DNA from: Christensenellaceae bacterium
Lineage (GTDB): Bacteria > Bacillota > Clostridia > Christensenellales > Borkfalkiaceae
DNA: 50,017 bases
Direction: 5' to 3'
Assembly: GCA_045643385.1 (NCBI GenBank)
Contig: JAZUKR010000170.1
Span: forward strand, 1-50,017
Shown piece by piece: positions 49,810 through 50,017 of the stretch (position 1 is its first letter; each line of letters opens with the position of its first letter). Both the position numbers and the translations under genes were made by a program. The notes below the pieces were generated by a model. The model saw nothing but the letters and a program-made list of their open reading frames with translations. It was not told where the DNA came from and made no database searches.

Positions 49810-50017
49810 CAGAAAGTAAGGCAAACAAAAAACGGCAACAAGATTATTAATCTCATTACCGTTAGTGTTATCTGGTTATTATGGCTTCGCCATTCCCACT
49901 TGCCGTGGGTACACATCGTTATTTCAGATGCGACACGTATTTAATTATCGCCTATGTATATTATATCACTTTAAATCCGCTATATACATAGTATTTATAT
50001 ATACCCTTTTTGTATTT

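Larger units (their letters stand above)
1..50017. mobile_element. Complete or near-complete temperate siphovirus-like phage genome; no host flanks visible
   Basis: Full packaging, head, tail, lysis, lysogeny, recombination and replication gene sets. Integrase lies internally beside a cI/Cro switch. A GTATTTATAT...CCTTTTT repeat family runs across both window ends, consistent with a circular or permuted assembly. Confidence 0.8.

Noticed and set aside
49639-49824. 61-aa minus-strand ORF
   Set aside because: It overlaps the tRNA-like element and the 49782-49809 hairpin. It has no SD, and the region is better explained as structured RNA or leader.
1-50017. Integrated prophage with host flanks and att sites at the window ends
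   Set aside because: The integrase and candidate attP are internal (22.5-23.9 kb). Every gene block is phage-like, and a repeat family continues across the ends. The tRNAs near 49.5-49.8 kb are best read as phage-encoded.

Overview
The 50,017-nt window reads as one complete or nearly complete genome of a temperate, siphovirus-type dsDNA phage. The host is probably a low-GC Gram-positive (Firmicutes-like) bacterium, judged from AAGGAG/GAAAGG ribosome-binding sites and a CHAP+LysM endolysin. I see no flanking host genes, rRNA or CRISPR array. All homology statements come from motifs read by eye; no database search was run.

Layout:
- (1) Late operon, minus strand, 49.47 kb down to 23.9 kb. Order: putative small terminase, GNAT, large terminase, sigma-like regulator, Zn-ribbon, portal, gp7-like, scaffold, decoration, major capsid, connectors, a three-gene membrane/holin insert, tail genes with a canonical G/GT -1 frameshift, a 1485-aa tape measure, Tal-like protein, two receptor-binding fibres with discoidin-like C-termini, and a three-domain endolysin.
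- (2) Lysogeny module, 21.2-23.8 kb: tyrosine integrase, cI-like and Cro-like HTH proteins, Xis-like HTH.
- (3) Early operon, minus strand, 21.2 kb down to about 8.0 kb: SLT, Rad50/SbcC-like ATPase, RecT-like protein, MBL hydrolase, SSB, ERCC4-like nuclease, replisome organiser, N6-methyltransferase, and many Cys-rich mini-proteins.
- (4) A terminator-insulated cargo operon, 7.94-4.9 kb: a Gly/Cys-rich membrane protein, a BclA-C/C1q-like protein and an HExxH peptidase.
- (5) A compositionally distinct, TATATA-rich left arm, 1-4.9 kb: an RHH regulator, iterons, a plus-strand operon of small proteins of unknown function, and about 1 kb of non-coding DNA packed with 10-bp-phased AAGGCGGTTA/AAGGCTAT words.
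- (6) Just upstream of the late operon: a tRNA-Gln(UUG) and an aberrant 106-nt tRNA-like element.

The most unusual items are the phased-repeat region, the tRNA-like element, the cargo operon, a toxin-like 26-aa ORF whose SD is complementary to a distal 9-mer, a recurrent 13-mer (ACCACAACAAAAA), and a late operon punctuated by intrinsic terminators with no room for downstream promoters.
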